The position numbers were made by a program, and so were the translations under genes. A DNA stretch of 63,996 nucleotides, the filler included, from Phoronis australis (Eukaryota; Animalia; Phoronida): the NCBI GenBank assembly GCA_002633005.1. It is 10 parts of 10 records of this genome, joined end to end, with 100 filler letters (N's around TTAATTAATTAA, not from the genome) between each part and the next. Parts side by side here need not be neighbours in the genome. Positions count along the whole stretch, not along the records: positions 15,803 to 37,476 come from NMRA01001405.1; positions 37,577 to 41,951 come from NMRA01002612.1; 8 more parts are not named here. The stretch is one strand, 5' to 3'. Position 1 is the stretch's first letter. Each line of letters starts with the position of its first letter. This document shows, one piece after another, positions 25,700 through 38,271 of the stretch. The notes beneath the pieces were generated by a model, which made no database searches, was not told where the DNA came from, and saw only the letters and a list, made by a program, of their open reading frames with translations.

Positions 25700-28600
25700 G
25701 TTGAGAACGAAACGAAGAATCCTGCAAAGAGAAACGAGACCTCGATTTAACTACAGTGTGGGAAATTTGTGACGAGACACTGAAGTTGCACAATGGGTGA
25801 GAAAAAGGCTTTTAAGTCGATGAACCCCTAGACACAATTGATCTCACAGTCTCAATGCTTTGATAGCAGAGGTAAACTTGATTTGGTAAATCTAGCAAAG
25901 TATTCTACGTGAATTTAACTGATATTCACCAATCTTGATTTCAGCGAATGACAGACAAGCAAGGGCAAGAATAACTTATTGTTAAGATAATAACAAAAAC
26001 AAAAACAACAGATTTTGTTGTTTGAAATCTCTCACCAAAGTATCATTGTGAGTAAGTTAAATTAAAGGGACTTTATCGGTTTTAAAGTCAAAAATGCATT
26101 TTTGGAATTATTGTTTGATGGGTTATAGACTTCTTGGGATTTATTAGCTGTGACCACCAAAGTTTTCTAAGATCCTTTAAGTAACAGAGTAAGTGTCACT
26201 GAGTAATTTAAAAAATTACTCGGAGACTTATTATCCAACTTTAATTCAATCAGAGAATACTGGGGGAAAGGTGACCACTAAATTTACTGAAGTCCCTTCA
26301 AGACGTTTCCAGACTCGAAACCTATTCTCCAATTTCTGTGGAAGTCTGACGTGATAAAACAAGAAAAGTAAATATTACGTAAATTTTGAAACCTAGACCC
26401 TCTTAGTCTACAGTTTACTTAACGAATTTGAAGTTTTCCAGTGAATGTGCGAACATGTTAGTTGTCGTCTGAGAAGTTTTCGAGATGCAATTTGGATAAA
26501 TACATACTCGCAGTATATAGTTATGAAGTGCACAAAATTTGAGTTTGTTTTGGTGGTCTCCCAAGCACGAGAAATTACTGAGTCTGGATATTTTTTAATT
26601 TCGAGTAGTAAAAGGGACTGGGTAAAGTTTGGTGGTCGTGGGTCCAAAACAAAATTCTTTGGTTTTGTGATCATACAACTTAATGCCAATTTTCGCCGCG
26701 GTCTACGCGGCAGACATTCGGTGAGAACAAGGCCGGTGACTTGACCTGCTAAATGCGCGTAAAATATGACCATCAGTGTGGTTAAGCTTCGCCAGCAAAG
26801 CCTTAGAATGCTACGGCCGTACTAGAAAAATGGCAGGATTCTGCATTACGGATGATCTCAGAAAACCACTTTTCTCGGCAACATCATACTTTTAATAACA
26901 CTTCCTTTCCAGCTATTTCACACAATCATCTCCCTGTCTAGCTGATGCCATTTACTTGATTCGCAGAAATGCGTAGGCCAGACTTAATAGATCCATTACA
27001 AATTGCACACCCGTGCATAGTAGTGACGTGCTTTTCGTCACAATGCATGCCACACTTGAATTAAAATGTATACGTGTGGTTACGTCGTAATTACAATTAA
27101 TTAAAGCGATAATTACCCGAAGCGCCAAGAAACAATTGTAACAAAGAAATTATTAGTTGGATTTTTGTCCTCGTACTAAGAAAATCCCGCTGAAATGATA
27201 TTTCAGGGCCTTCGAAAACTGTGGTTGTGTCTCCGTTTGCGACATCCTAGATTCACCTGTGAAACTAAATATATTTTGGGGAAAAGTGACCCAGTCAAAA
27301 CAAGCCCCATGTGCTATATTGTTGACGCACGCCTAAAACTAACAGGTCTGGTGAAATATCAATAATTGGGATGTTATAACAAGTAGGCAGCATTGATATT
27401 AGTGCGCATTTCGTGTTCGCCTTGCTAGTTCGACCAAAGATTATAGACAACAGATTCGCAACTCCGATATTTTCTTGCGTAATATCCTAAAGGAGGCGCC
27501 ACTCTCCTAAATTATCCGTTGCAGTTTCCGGTTAGTGTATTTTGACGACACAACAGCCAACCATGATTAGCAGATGACGTACTTGCTGGAAATAACGCCA
27601 GGTAATTTGACCAGACGTTGCTGGTGAATAATGACTTCATTGCCTCTGTAAGAGCACAGATTTCTTCCATTGAAAGTAATATGCGGAGTTGGCGGTCCAG
27701 GTACTATAGTCTATGGTTCAACGGAAGGCTTCTTTTTAAGTGTACCCTGAACATATGCAATTTTCATTCAGATATTGTACGGGATTATCGGTCTAAGAAT
27801 TGCCACTGACAAAATGGCTGAATTTTTTGTTGTCGTTTTATCCAATGCGTAAGCGAAAAAACGAAACAATTATCTGCTGTCTCAGGTGGAGTTTTCCACT
27901 TTTTCAGTAACTCACCTCCTACTGACTTTCCTGCTATTAGTTCTGCACTTACATTACTTATCAAAGGTGATTTGTGTCGTCTGGTACTGTAGCTATACTT
28001 GGGGAAGAACGTTCTTCAAAACATAGGCCTACACATAAAGATCTTAGATTTTTAGTGTAACCGCAATCACCAAAGATAAGCGCCATCCAGTGGTAGTAGT
28101 GGAATTTGCTAGATTTGAGCTTTCAGAATATCCAATAAATCTGACTTTGTGCTCGTACTTAGTTCACAAGTCTTTCACAGTGAAGGCGGGCACGACTGAT
28201 TCTCACATGTGCAAGTGAAAACATCTTTCAGATCTAGATTTGACAACAGATGAAAAGGCAGGTAATTACCTGTCAATGTAAACTGGTTTCAGATTAATTG
28301 TTTGATGTCCGCCCACATTTGAAGAAGTCTCTATCATTAATTTAATGGACTTGTAGAAGTTTATGTTGTTTGCAATTTATGCATTAATATGTTGAACTTA
28401 GTTTTTCCTTCCTTGTTAAGTGTGGGGGTCTATTAAAGTACATACGTGCGTTATCAAGACCAATATCATAATGGGCGATAGAAGCACAACGAAAAACAGA
28501 GGTGTTGTCGTGAGTCTTGTGTTTTCGCGAGTCTCGTGTCCTTCATTGCGTCAATGGAGTCAGCGAATAGTAACACCAACAAAAAATTCATTGCAACCAG

Positions 28601-28702
28601 AGCAATTAATTTTACACACGACATTCCTAGTATCTAACTAAGAAATTTTACATTTAGGTTTGGACAGTTTGCTAGAAAGTTTGTCAGTAACGCAGATGAC
28701 AT

Positions 28703-28753
28703 TTATATATATATATATACGAGTGTGTGTGCGTGTGCGTGTGTGTGTGTGTG
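28703..28753. repeat. Compound (TA)n/(GT)n microsatellite
   Basis: tatatatatatatatacgagtgtgtgtgcgtgtgcgtgtgtgtgtgtgc. Confidence 0.9.
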
Positions 28754-30025
28754 CTCAAGTGCAAGTTATTTGTTTTCTTTTATTGATTTCCTCTAAAACC
28801 AGGACTAAAGTCCAAAAGCAATTGACCTCAAAATTAACATAAGCAATCACAATTAAGAGATACTGGTCAGCTTTCAACAAGAGTCGTAAGCTATCGTCAT
28901 TCACGCATGTCATTCTATGTATTACGACGATCCCTGAATTTCTACGCGTAGCTTTCTATGCCAGAATCCTTTCAAGTATACTTTACACGAAGCCAGTCTA
29001 TATAACCGGAAATTAGAGTGTCCATTCATGTTGTTGGCGGTGCGTGGTTATCCAGATTAAAGACATGTACAATCTTCTTCGCGACATCAGTGCTTGGGGT
29101 TAAAAATCTCCCTTAGTTTTACCGAGCATACATTTACGTACGAGTAAAGCCGAAAATGAAAACAAGCCGTGCAGGGTGTTTCTCAGAGAAGCATAATAAA
29201 ATCGTAACTCTTACGTCATCGTCGACCTCTTGACCTTTTTCAACGGTAAACATGTCACTTTGGGGGAATGTCGTACGTTTAAACATTACCGTCATCTCTC
29301 TTGGGACTCTATTTCATCAGTGTTCACCAGCGACAAGAGGTACATGTACATCTAGTGAGTCTGAGATATGTAGAACGATAATTATAAATGACTATTGAGT
29401 AGGTATGGAAAGGCAGATGGGATTGCATGAACAAATGGGTGTCGACGGGACAAGATTAAGGCTTATTGGAATGGACAGGGGACCATGCTTTCCTTGGGCC
29501 CCTGTGGCTACGCAATTGGGTTTCTCGTACTTTGTCAATTTCTTTGAAGAGCCTAGAAGTGTGCTCACTGAGTTGTTCACAGGTGGAACAGGAGGGGTAA
29601 ACAATTGGACTATTCGACGCGGTGTGGCTGCTGTACTAGTGGTGATTGAATTGCGCATGCGTCGCTGTCTGCATGTAAACAGCTGGTAAAAAGACGGAAT
29701 TGGTATCAAAATACGTCGACGCGCAAAGCCTTATTATTGCTATTTTCCCACGCAAATCTTCGACAGGTGGTCACATATTCCCAAAAGAACTAAGGTTACT
29801 ACAGAGGTGGAGAATTGCGGTCAAAAGGGTCAAACAAGTGACAAAAAATGTTTGGATCGAAGCCGAAGCCTCACGCCCCGTGTGTGTGTTCTATGCATTT
29901 CCATTGAGAGACTACATAATCACGTTACTTGGAACGTTTTTAGCAATTAAGTTTCTATGGACATCGCTCAGTGATGTTATACCCACCTGTTACCCTACTG
30001 AATAACGGGTTTATTCAGTGGAACT

Positions 30026-30175
30026 CAGTGGCGGATTTAGAGGGGGGCCAAGGGGGCCATGTCCCCCCTAAAATTCTCCAAGATTCCATTTGGCAGTTCG
30101 TGGGTGCGAATGTCTGACGGCTAATACTTTGCCCTGCCCTGACCCCCCTAACTCAAAATCCTGGATCCGCCCCTG
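30026..30175. mobile_element. 150-bp hAT-like MITE with a 5-bp target site duplication
   Basis: Terminal inverted repeats CAGTGGCGGAT and ATCCGCCCCTG, with GAACT on both sides (30021-30025, 30176-30180). Related ends are at 57849 and 62790. Confidence 0.85.
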
Positions 30176-31759
30176 GAACTAAGTGTTTATCTTTAGAAAC
30201 TCACCCGGTACCCGGATGGTAGGCTAGCAGCACATATCCACATATTGTCCTGGGTGGGAGTGCTCCCAAGACAAGAGGAGTATGGGACGTGCCGCTCAGA
30301 AGTCAAGGGTGCCTTTTTCACAGCAGTTGCTTTACAAAACTATGCTATGTCCAATAAAATCCTCTAGATGGGTGAGTTTCCTTATTTTATAGCGCAACCC
30401 ACCCTCAGGAATACCAGATTATAATTATCCAATTAACATGAATGAGCTATTCTGACAGTAAATACGTAACATTGCATTGGAATAAATATTGACACCTAGA
30501 ATGAATTTTATTTGTTGAGATTAGAAACACATTTCAGGTGTCATGAAAATACACATTGTTAAGTCACTTTTTGCCTGTTTCTCATATTTTAATTAAGATC
30601 TTAAATAAGGCTTAGATACTAATATTATTAGTTTCTACATATAAACATGAAGATGGAATGTCAAGTATGTTCTGCCTTACAAAAGTAGCTTTGTCTTATG
30701 TTTTCTTTTATAATTGGCTAATATTTCTCTGACTATTCTGTTACAGGTGAGAGAAAATGACTGAAACCAGCCGCTTTACCGTCTATTTTACCTTTCGATA
30801 AAGTGAAAAATAATCCGTCAGCAATAACCTGAAGGAATTGAACCTCTCAATTCAGAAAGTCAGCCCTTGCATTGGAAAATTTCATTTCTTTTTACCAAAT
30901 AATGTTGTTCTGTTGTATGTATGTGGTTGCTCAGTTTGCCATTTTGTTTTTAAATACACTGATAATTGTTTATTCTCAAATCTTGTGCATAGCAGATTCT
31001 TATCCAGCTATCTACGATTGAAAACATACTTTGCTTGCAAGTGGAACTTTTGTTATGGACAAGTTAACACACAACTTAAAACTGTTCGAGGGCCTTCTTA
31101 AAAAACCTCTAAAATAGTTTAACACATAAACAAATCAAATGCAATCAAAGGGAATACTTCGTTTTGATCGCCGGACATTTATATAGGTGAACAGGAAAAT
31201 GACAATTCGCAAGCATAACCGGTAATCACTTCAGTTTTATAAAGACGCAGCACAACTGCACTGTATGGGGCTTTAAAACTGAAGAAATATTGTGGTTTAA
31301 ATAATATGTGACAAACTTGCCTGTCGATGAAAAATTTATTCGATAATCAAAGTGTAACATTAACGGGCTTTTTACTGACAATAACACAATCGATGCAGTA
31401 CCTGTATGTCACTTCCGCATAATGCGTACCAAGTTGAAAAGTTTTTACCATTAGTATAAAACCTTTCTTCTGAAAGGAAAAGTTAATGTCACTCAGTCAG
31501 AAAGGACAGTATTTATACCAGATACTTTTGGTTTTCATTTCACTGGGATTGAGTTTCAATGGCCTATAGAAGCGCTTGTAAAAAGGTCCAGTTTCGGCAC
31601 GTGGTTTTCCTTCATGTAACCTAATTCAGCCCCAATAAAGTCCTTGAAGGTAAACACAACATCACTTGACTTTCTTTGTGTCCAAAATCTGAATCTGAAC
31701 TAGACCAGAGTGTTAGTAGGTCTTTTTTAGCTTCAGTCCCTCATGTACATGTATCTTCC

Positions 31760-33560
31760 AGGAATGAAAATAAGCCATTGTTGTCGACACGACTCGTTGC
31801 CTATGAGGCTGGCTGGCGTAGCAGTCAGATATAGTTCCATTTAACACACAAACAATCCACTGGCACATTTTCATATGGTAACTTAGTACTGCGATTCACA
31901 TCTCTCCAGGACCACTGGCTTGTACATTGTGCCATGCAGCATTGCTGGTGTGTGGACGACATGCTGTGGGAAGAGAAGGGAGTAACAAAGCTTGTCTATG
32001 TTGCGGCTTGAAGTGGCCTTAAAATGTCACTGAACCTAAAACGAATATTGAAGCATGAATAATTAAGTACGTCAGGTTGGGTCAAAAATGTTGCCCTTGT
32101 TTTTCAAAAATATGATATGGTAACGGCTTTACAATTTCACACAAAATTAAATAATTACTATTTCCAGAAATCAAGGGTGTATATAATATACGTATTGATT
32201 TGTATAGAACTGCGTCTTTATTTTTCATTCCTAGCCAGGACAATGCTTTAAACGCATCACTTGTCTGCAAAACATGCAAGTTATTTGAGACAACTTCAAA
32301 TCTTTGTTACCCATTTTCAAGCCTTTGGTTTTTGATACTTTCAGCAATTTTAAACAATTACAGATTCATGGGTCTGTCAAGCATACTTTTGGTCTAAGGC
32401 TGAGGAAACCATTTCTCAGATTTTTTATTTTTCTTCAAATAGAAGATATGATGACTTGTGTCATTTAAAAATGATGGATAATCTTTCTGTTGTTTAAGGG
32501 TAATTACAAATCGTAAGGCACCATCAAAAATGCAATTTTTACAAAATGGCAGTCATTTGAATTTATAAACGACTTGCAATACTTGAAGGCATGAGTTAAG
32601 ACTGTTCAGTTGTTGAGATTTCAGAGAATGTAATACATTTTTAGGGGTTTACAATGAATAGCAAAACAGTTTCATGAAATGTGAAAGAACTACATGAAGG
32701 TTAAGAATTACCTTACCATACTCTTTCCCCCGGACACTATTACCTGTTATTTTCACACATTCAGTTGCACCAAATTTTAAAACTCCTACTCCCTATTCCA
32801 ACCTCTCGCTAAGGACCTGAATAAGTAAATTAACAAAACAACTTATATACCTTGTCTTTAAAAATAGCTGTCTCTTTTCAAAGGCTTTGTTCTTTATCTC
32901 CGATATAGAAAGTAGGCTTTGACAACAGATCTGCACTGTATAGGAAGATCTTGCTGGTTAGCTGCCTGCAGTCAACTGCTTAAAACCAATTTTTGTCCAT
33001 TCAAGGACCGTTGCAGAAGCGATGCATATCACCCGGCTCTAAACGGTACTAGCCCTCAAACCTAAAAACCAAACCAAAAGTCAGGTGAAAACAGACATGA
33101 TATATTTCCATGTCAAAGTGTAATATATTTCCGAGAACATAAGAAAGGGAGTAAACAGTCAAATGGATATATGTCATGTACCCTTTGGGCTTTTAATGTA
33201 GTCTTACCTCATTAACAAATATAGAGTTGACAGCATAAACATTCAGCATTGATTGATGTAACTGTCACTGATAAACCTGTTAGAAATCATTTCAAACATT
33301 AATAATACTGCTTTGATATAGGAAAAGATCCCGAGTGCTACGTCAAGTATCGCAACACACATCAGTCATCACAACAAACAATGATTAACCGACTGGCGAC
33401 TGCCGCGAAGTCGACATCAATTAACAGGTATCAGTATTGTAAACACAGAATAATCGTTAAAATAATGACAAACCTTACCTTTGTATAAAGTCATGCTTAC
33501 TCCCTCTCGTAGAAGCACCCTTTTCATGCAATCTCAGATTCAGTTAGCCCGGCTGCAAGC
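31760..33560 (-). pseudogene. Spliced, decayed SAP plus SWIM-like gene (transposon accessory type)
   Basis: GT/AG-bounded exons: one ending at 33479, then 33208-33276, 32851-33061 and one starting at 31963. Peptides: RLHEKGASTRGSKHDFIQR (SAP-like), EWTKIGFKQLT, IKNKAFEKRQLF and KCASGLFVC...SCRQQW (SWIM-like). Many stops and frameshifts. Confidence 0.5.
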
Positions 33561-33614
33561 CATTTCACAATGTATTTAAGGACTCGCGAATTCGAGGCTG
33601 CTTAATCTATCACC

Positions 33615-34480
33615 ACTAGTACACGCGCGCCCTCTAGTAATGCAAAGATAGTCGAATAGCCCCATTGGTCGGACTTCGACCATTCCTGTCCCTCCTGCAA
33701 CCTCCCTTAATCTCAGCCGAGAAATTTAGAATTCTTCTCTCACGCACGCGTGACCCTCTCGGCGTATTCAAATTCCCCCGATCCAACTGAGGCATCATTA
33801 CAGTTTTCACTTCTAAGTCACGGAAATACATGTGATATTCTTTGTTCGCGAACAGACCAGCCCAGCTTCAACACACCAAATTCCTAGCCTGTACGTAGTT
33901 ACTTTCTCTGGCTAATTGCATATACTGAAAAAGCACGGTATGTAGATTTCCGTTGCCGCGCGCCACTCTGGCGAGCATAAAATTCTTCACTCACGCACGT
34001 TATTCCCCTCTCACGGGTCAAATCACACATCGGCACTGCGTTGTCGATTGCGTCTCAGGAGACATTTCGATACTTGCAATTTATCAGACATGTTTCTCGA
34101 TTGCACAGAGACCAGCCGTGCCCTTCTCTTGCGCAACCTTGCTTAACTTGTTATTAAAAGCCCGTCCCTATGCACCATTGCCATTGCTCAGAATTGTCCT
34201 CTAACGCACGACCCCTCCCACGAATACGAATGCAACCCCCCCCCCCTCCGATCCAGCACAATTATCGCGCCTCGCGATCGTAGTTCTTGTAGTCACTACT
34301 CGTAGACAGACCAACCCTGCTCCCTTGCAAGCACCATATTACCTATAGCTTACTTTCGCGCCATTTCGCTCAATCACCAAAGCACCAAGTCTTCCCTGCC
34401 CGCGCGCCGCTCGGGCTGCATAAAATTCTTCTCTCGTGCCCGCTAAATCCCGAACCGGACTTTTCCCCTCTCACGAACAT
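33615..34480 (+). repeat. Dispersed direct subrepeats (cgcgcgcc...gcataaaattcttc.ctc.cgc...cccctctcacg)
   Basis: Related blocks at about 33620-33760, 33955-34016 and 34397-34475. Confidence 0.6.
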
Positions 34481-35147
34481 GACTGCGCACAGAGCAGACC
34501 TGCTTATGCAGATTATTGTTTATTGAACAACACCGATGTCAAGAGAGATCCTCTTTGAGGAATTGGACAGTAAGATTACATAGACTAATCAGCCATATGA
34601 GTTGAAAGTCGTTCTTTTGGTGGGATAATGCCGAAGTAGTGTCAAGATGCTTCAAGTTACGACACGAATTTTACTCAGCTCACAGTAAAACCCACTTCAA
34701 ATTATAACTATAAGCATCACATATCCTTCTAGAGAACAACTTGAGAGCTAGCTTCTACCACTAACTCGAATTTAAAAGGTGACGTACTGTAAAAGCGAGA
34801 ACTCCGTCGCAGTTCATAGTCCTAAGTCACAACGAGCATAACATAAAGTTTCTGAGCCTGTGTACACTTTTCATCCAAGTTTTATTTGTCGCATAAAAAG
34901 TTAGATATGTTTGGGTCAATTTTTTGAGCAACTCGTTGAATGATTTTGGTGACGTAATGCCCGTTTCCGAAACTCGTTACACAAACTGGTTGCGCTGCAT
35001 GATTGTCTTGAATATTGCTTGTATAATTGAAGGAGTTTACTAGGGCTGCCGCAAGTACGTCTGGTGACACGCAACGCTCGAAAATTCGTCATGAACGTAC
35101 ATATACATGCCAAGTGGCGAGTACTCTGGTTGGTTGAAGAGTCTGCC

Positions 35148-35460
35148 GTCAACATCCAGCACTGGCTCATAGTGGTCATTATGATTGTCATTATAAATGT
35201 CATCTTCCCCAAGTTCCTTTATTGGCGGAAACTTGGAAACTTGCACCAGCTTGTGGCTTGGCAATGTTCGCAGAATACGTACACGTTGGTCTTTATCATT
35301 GTAGCAAATGCACGTATTTCAACGTCCGTGCCCCATTTACCACACTTCCACAGTTCGGCTTCACTTAGATAGTCCACCAAGTTGCCTCCCTCCCAGATAT
35401 CCTTGTAACAGATTTTTTGTTGTTCTATATAAAATCAGTTACACCTTGTCTAATTTCCGA
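35148..35460 (-). pseudogene. OTU-like cysteine protease remnant
   Basis: Translates as SEIRQGVTDFI, then DYLSEAELWKCGKWGTDVEIRAFATMIKTNVYVF...SWCKFP, then IYNDNHNDHYEPVLDV. An 8-bp duplication causes a frameshift. No catalytic Cys motif was found. Confidence 0.75.
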
Positions 35461-38271
35461 CTACAGCGCCCCAATTGTTCGATCGCCACTCCCTGGTAAG
35501 ATGCGTAAGGAAGACTTTCGGCGCCCTGATGACACCTCTTTGGCGCCCCCCTGTCCAGTGGTTGAGTAATCCGCCACCCCCCCCCCGCTAGATTAACTGT
35601 CGTCACCTTTCCCCCCGCGGTAGTCCCCGGCTTAAGAGTCGTCTATTGCCACTTTACCAGTTCTCGGTGGGTTTTTTTCTTCGATAGCCAACCCACGCCA
35701 GTGGCCTCCTCCCGGGGAAGTCAACCCCAGACCAAAACATTCGCGTATGAAACATTGTAAAGATTTCCTGTTGAGGATATCATGTCTACTTATTCCAACC
35801 CTCTGTTGCGGGGAAACCATTGAATAATGGCAGGACAAGTTTTTATGGACGTGGGGTCATTTTTTCACGGGGTCATTACTTAATGCCACCCGGCTGTTGT
35901 GTTTGATCAATGGCCAACTGATTATAGCACCATCCCTCGTGTTTTGTATCCAGCCAACTTGTTTTTTGTGTGAGGTCATCGCACTTTGAAGTCCGTACAA
36001 TACGTTTGGTCATCGGCCATTTGGTTTTGCAGTCCAGCTGACTGGTTTTGAAGTCCGACCAATTTTTATATAAGAGCACTAACGTCTGCTTTTTCTGGAA
36101 CATCGATTTCTCCAGGTCTCTTTTTCGGGAATGGACGATTTGTGTTGATGCACGCTATACGGGAAATTTCCCACTACATTTTAATATCCTCTTTCATCTC
36201 AGTATGCAGTTCTTATTTGGCACGTCATTTCGCGGTGTTTTTGTAAAAACGTTTGGATAAAAACGTCTTGGCGCTTTCTGGGCAATGTACTGAAGATTTC
36301 GTAATAAACATTAAAAAAATAAAATAAAAACGTAAGAGGCCCGATTCGACACCCACCAAAGTTTTGAAACATCAGTATAAAACCCTGACCACCGGCATCA
36401 CCGTAGTGGCGTGATCTGTCGAGAAAAGAGACAACGAAACTAGTACAAATTTTCAAGAGAACATTTGTTAACTACCAGTGCTGTATATGTACATATCTTT
36501 GGAAGGCCTCGCCATGACATTGTTGCTATGTGTGGCCCTCTTTTTGCAGTATAAATCATCTAAACGCACTTGAAAACGTACACTCTATTATGCATCAGTC
36601 GAAAACGCACCGATCTTCACAGGCAAGTAGAATCCGGTTTACAAATTCAAAATTTTATGGAGTGTGTTATGTTCGTGGTTTTCATTAAACTTGCAGAGTC
36701 CAAAACATAACCTTATATGGCACTGGTAGCTAGAATCATAGATTGTGTAAGTTGTGAAAAACAATTCTCTGAAATCTGATTATGACTCATGAGCATATGA
36801 TCTTTAGTTCTGACAAACAAGTTTTCAGTTGAGAGTTAGACAGCATAGTGAATAGATGTATCTTGTAGATCTCTAGAATATACCCACGTAAAACCGTAAC
36901 ACAGAGTTGTGTTTGAAAGAGGTTTTCATACAGAGTGTAAAGCTGTATTTCTTCAGGGACCCTATACACCATGTATAGCAAACGACAGTGAAGTATGCTG
37001 TAGTTATCTTTTCTGAGTTTGTTTGATATCAATTGGGAACATTAACGATAGCATCAATTTGTACCAATATCCTGCTTTTGAAATTATATATCCTTTCATA
37101 CTTAGGGTTCCCGTCCCTTGTAGGGGATCTGTTGATACACGAACACTATTTTCCTGTTTTCATTTCATACACTTTCCAGCTCAGGGAGAGGGGTGGGGGT
37201 AGTCAACGATGGAATCATACAACTTTCTATGTTAAGGAAACTCACTTCCTGGGCAGTCACTCAAAATTGGAATTAGCTGCAAGTCGTTTCCATTGTTCAT
37301 GATATAGCCTGTCACGGACGGGGACCTCTCATAGAGAGACGGCCTGGGTCATTTGCCCCCTTTGCCCCCGTGAAACCACGTTCCTCGAAGTACAGTTGTT
37401 ATTTTATGTTATTTATTTGTCTTATCTATTGTCAATTTACTTCGTTACTGTGCACCTGATAATAGAAAACTGCTTTNNNNNNNNNNNNNNNNNNNNNNNN
37501 NNNNNNNNNNNNNNNNNNNNTTAATTAATTAANNNNNNNNNNNNNNNNNNNNNNNNNNNNNNNNNNNNNNNNNNNNTTCTGAAAATTTCCATGTGATGTG
37601 TAACTTTCTCATGTGTATAGTGAATATAGTTTTAAACTCTTTCTCTGCCAAGAGCACTTTTCAGTGAGTCGCCCATTCACTGTCAGATATGCCGGCAAAT
37701 TGGGTACTTGATTGTTTTTAATCTATTTGTTAAACCTTAATTTCTTGAGACATAACTTCAGCTGAATGACTTATCTGACAAGCGACAGGACAACAGTTAT
37801 ACGAAATCTCAAACGAACAGCAAGTTTTTTTGATTGATTTTCTGGGTTTTTCTGTTTTTTTATTTGATGAAATTTCTGTCGATTGCATACCTGTTGACTG
37901 ATGCAATGTTCTTTAAACTGTGGAGGATTAAATGGCTCAAATTCAAAACAACGCAGATTCTGGAATCGAGTTTGAAATGTCGGGCATGAGATGAGGTACA
38001 TACATGGTCCATCGGGTATGTATTTCAATTAACACCTTTCATTGACCATTAATATTGTCTTTTTGACTGAAATCTTGAATGCTCTACTTGGGGAATACCT
38101 ACCTCAATGCATGATGTCATGATTTAAGATATCTTAAAACAATATGTGTTAGCATTTTGTCCTGAAAGTCTCACAGCAATTCACAAAAATCTTTGTTTTA
38201 GAGAGTTTTTAGTGATAGCACCTGATATTTTGTGTTTCCTCAAACTTTATTTGTCACTGGGAAATGCAGTC

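Noticed and set aside
29392-30005. Overlapping ORFs of about 100 aa
   Set aside because: No recognisable domain or splice support; consistent with chance ORFs.
26062-31648. Possible 5.6-kb Kolobok element (TTAAAGGGACTTTATCGG ... CCAATAAAGTCCTTGAA)
   Set aside because: The right end lacks an intact TTAA, no coding remnant was recognised inside, and the match is too short.
33277-33478. Intronic C/D box snoRNA (GTGATGA then CTGA on the minus strand)
   Set aside because: There is no properly spaced terminal D box or terminal stem.
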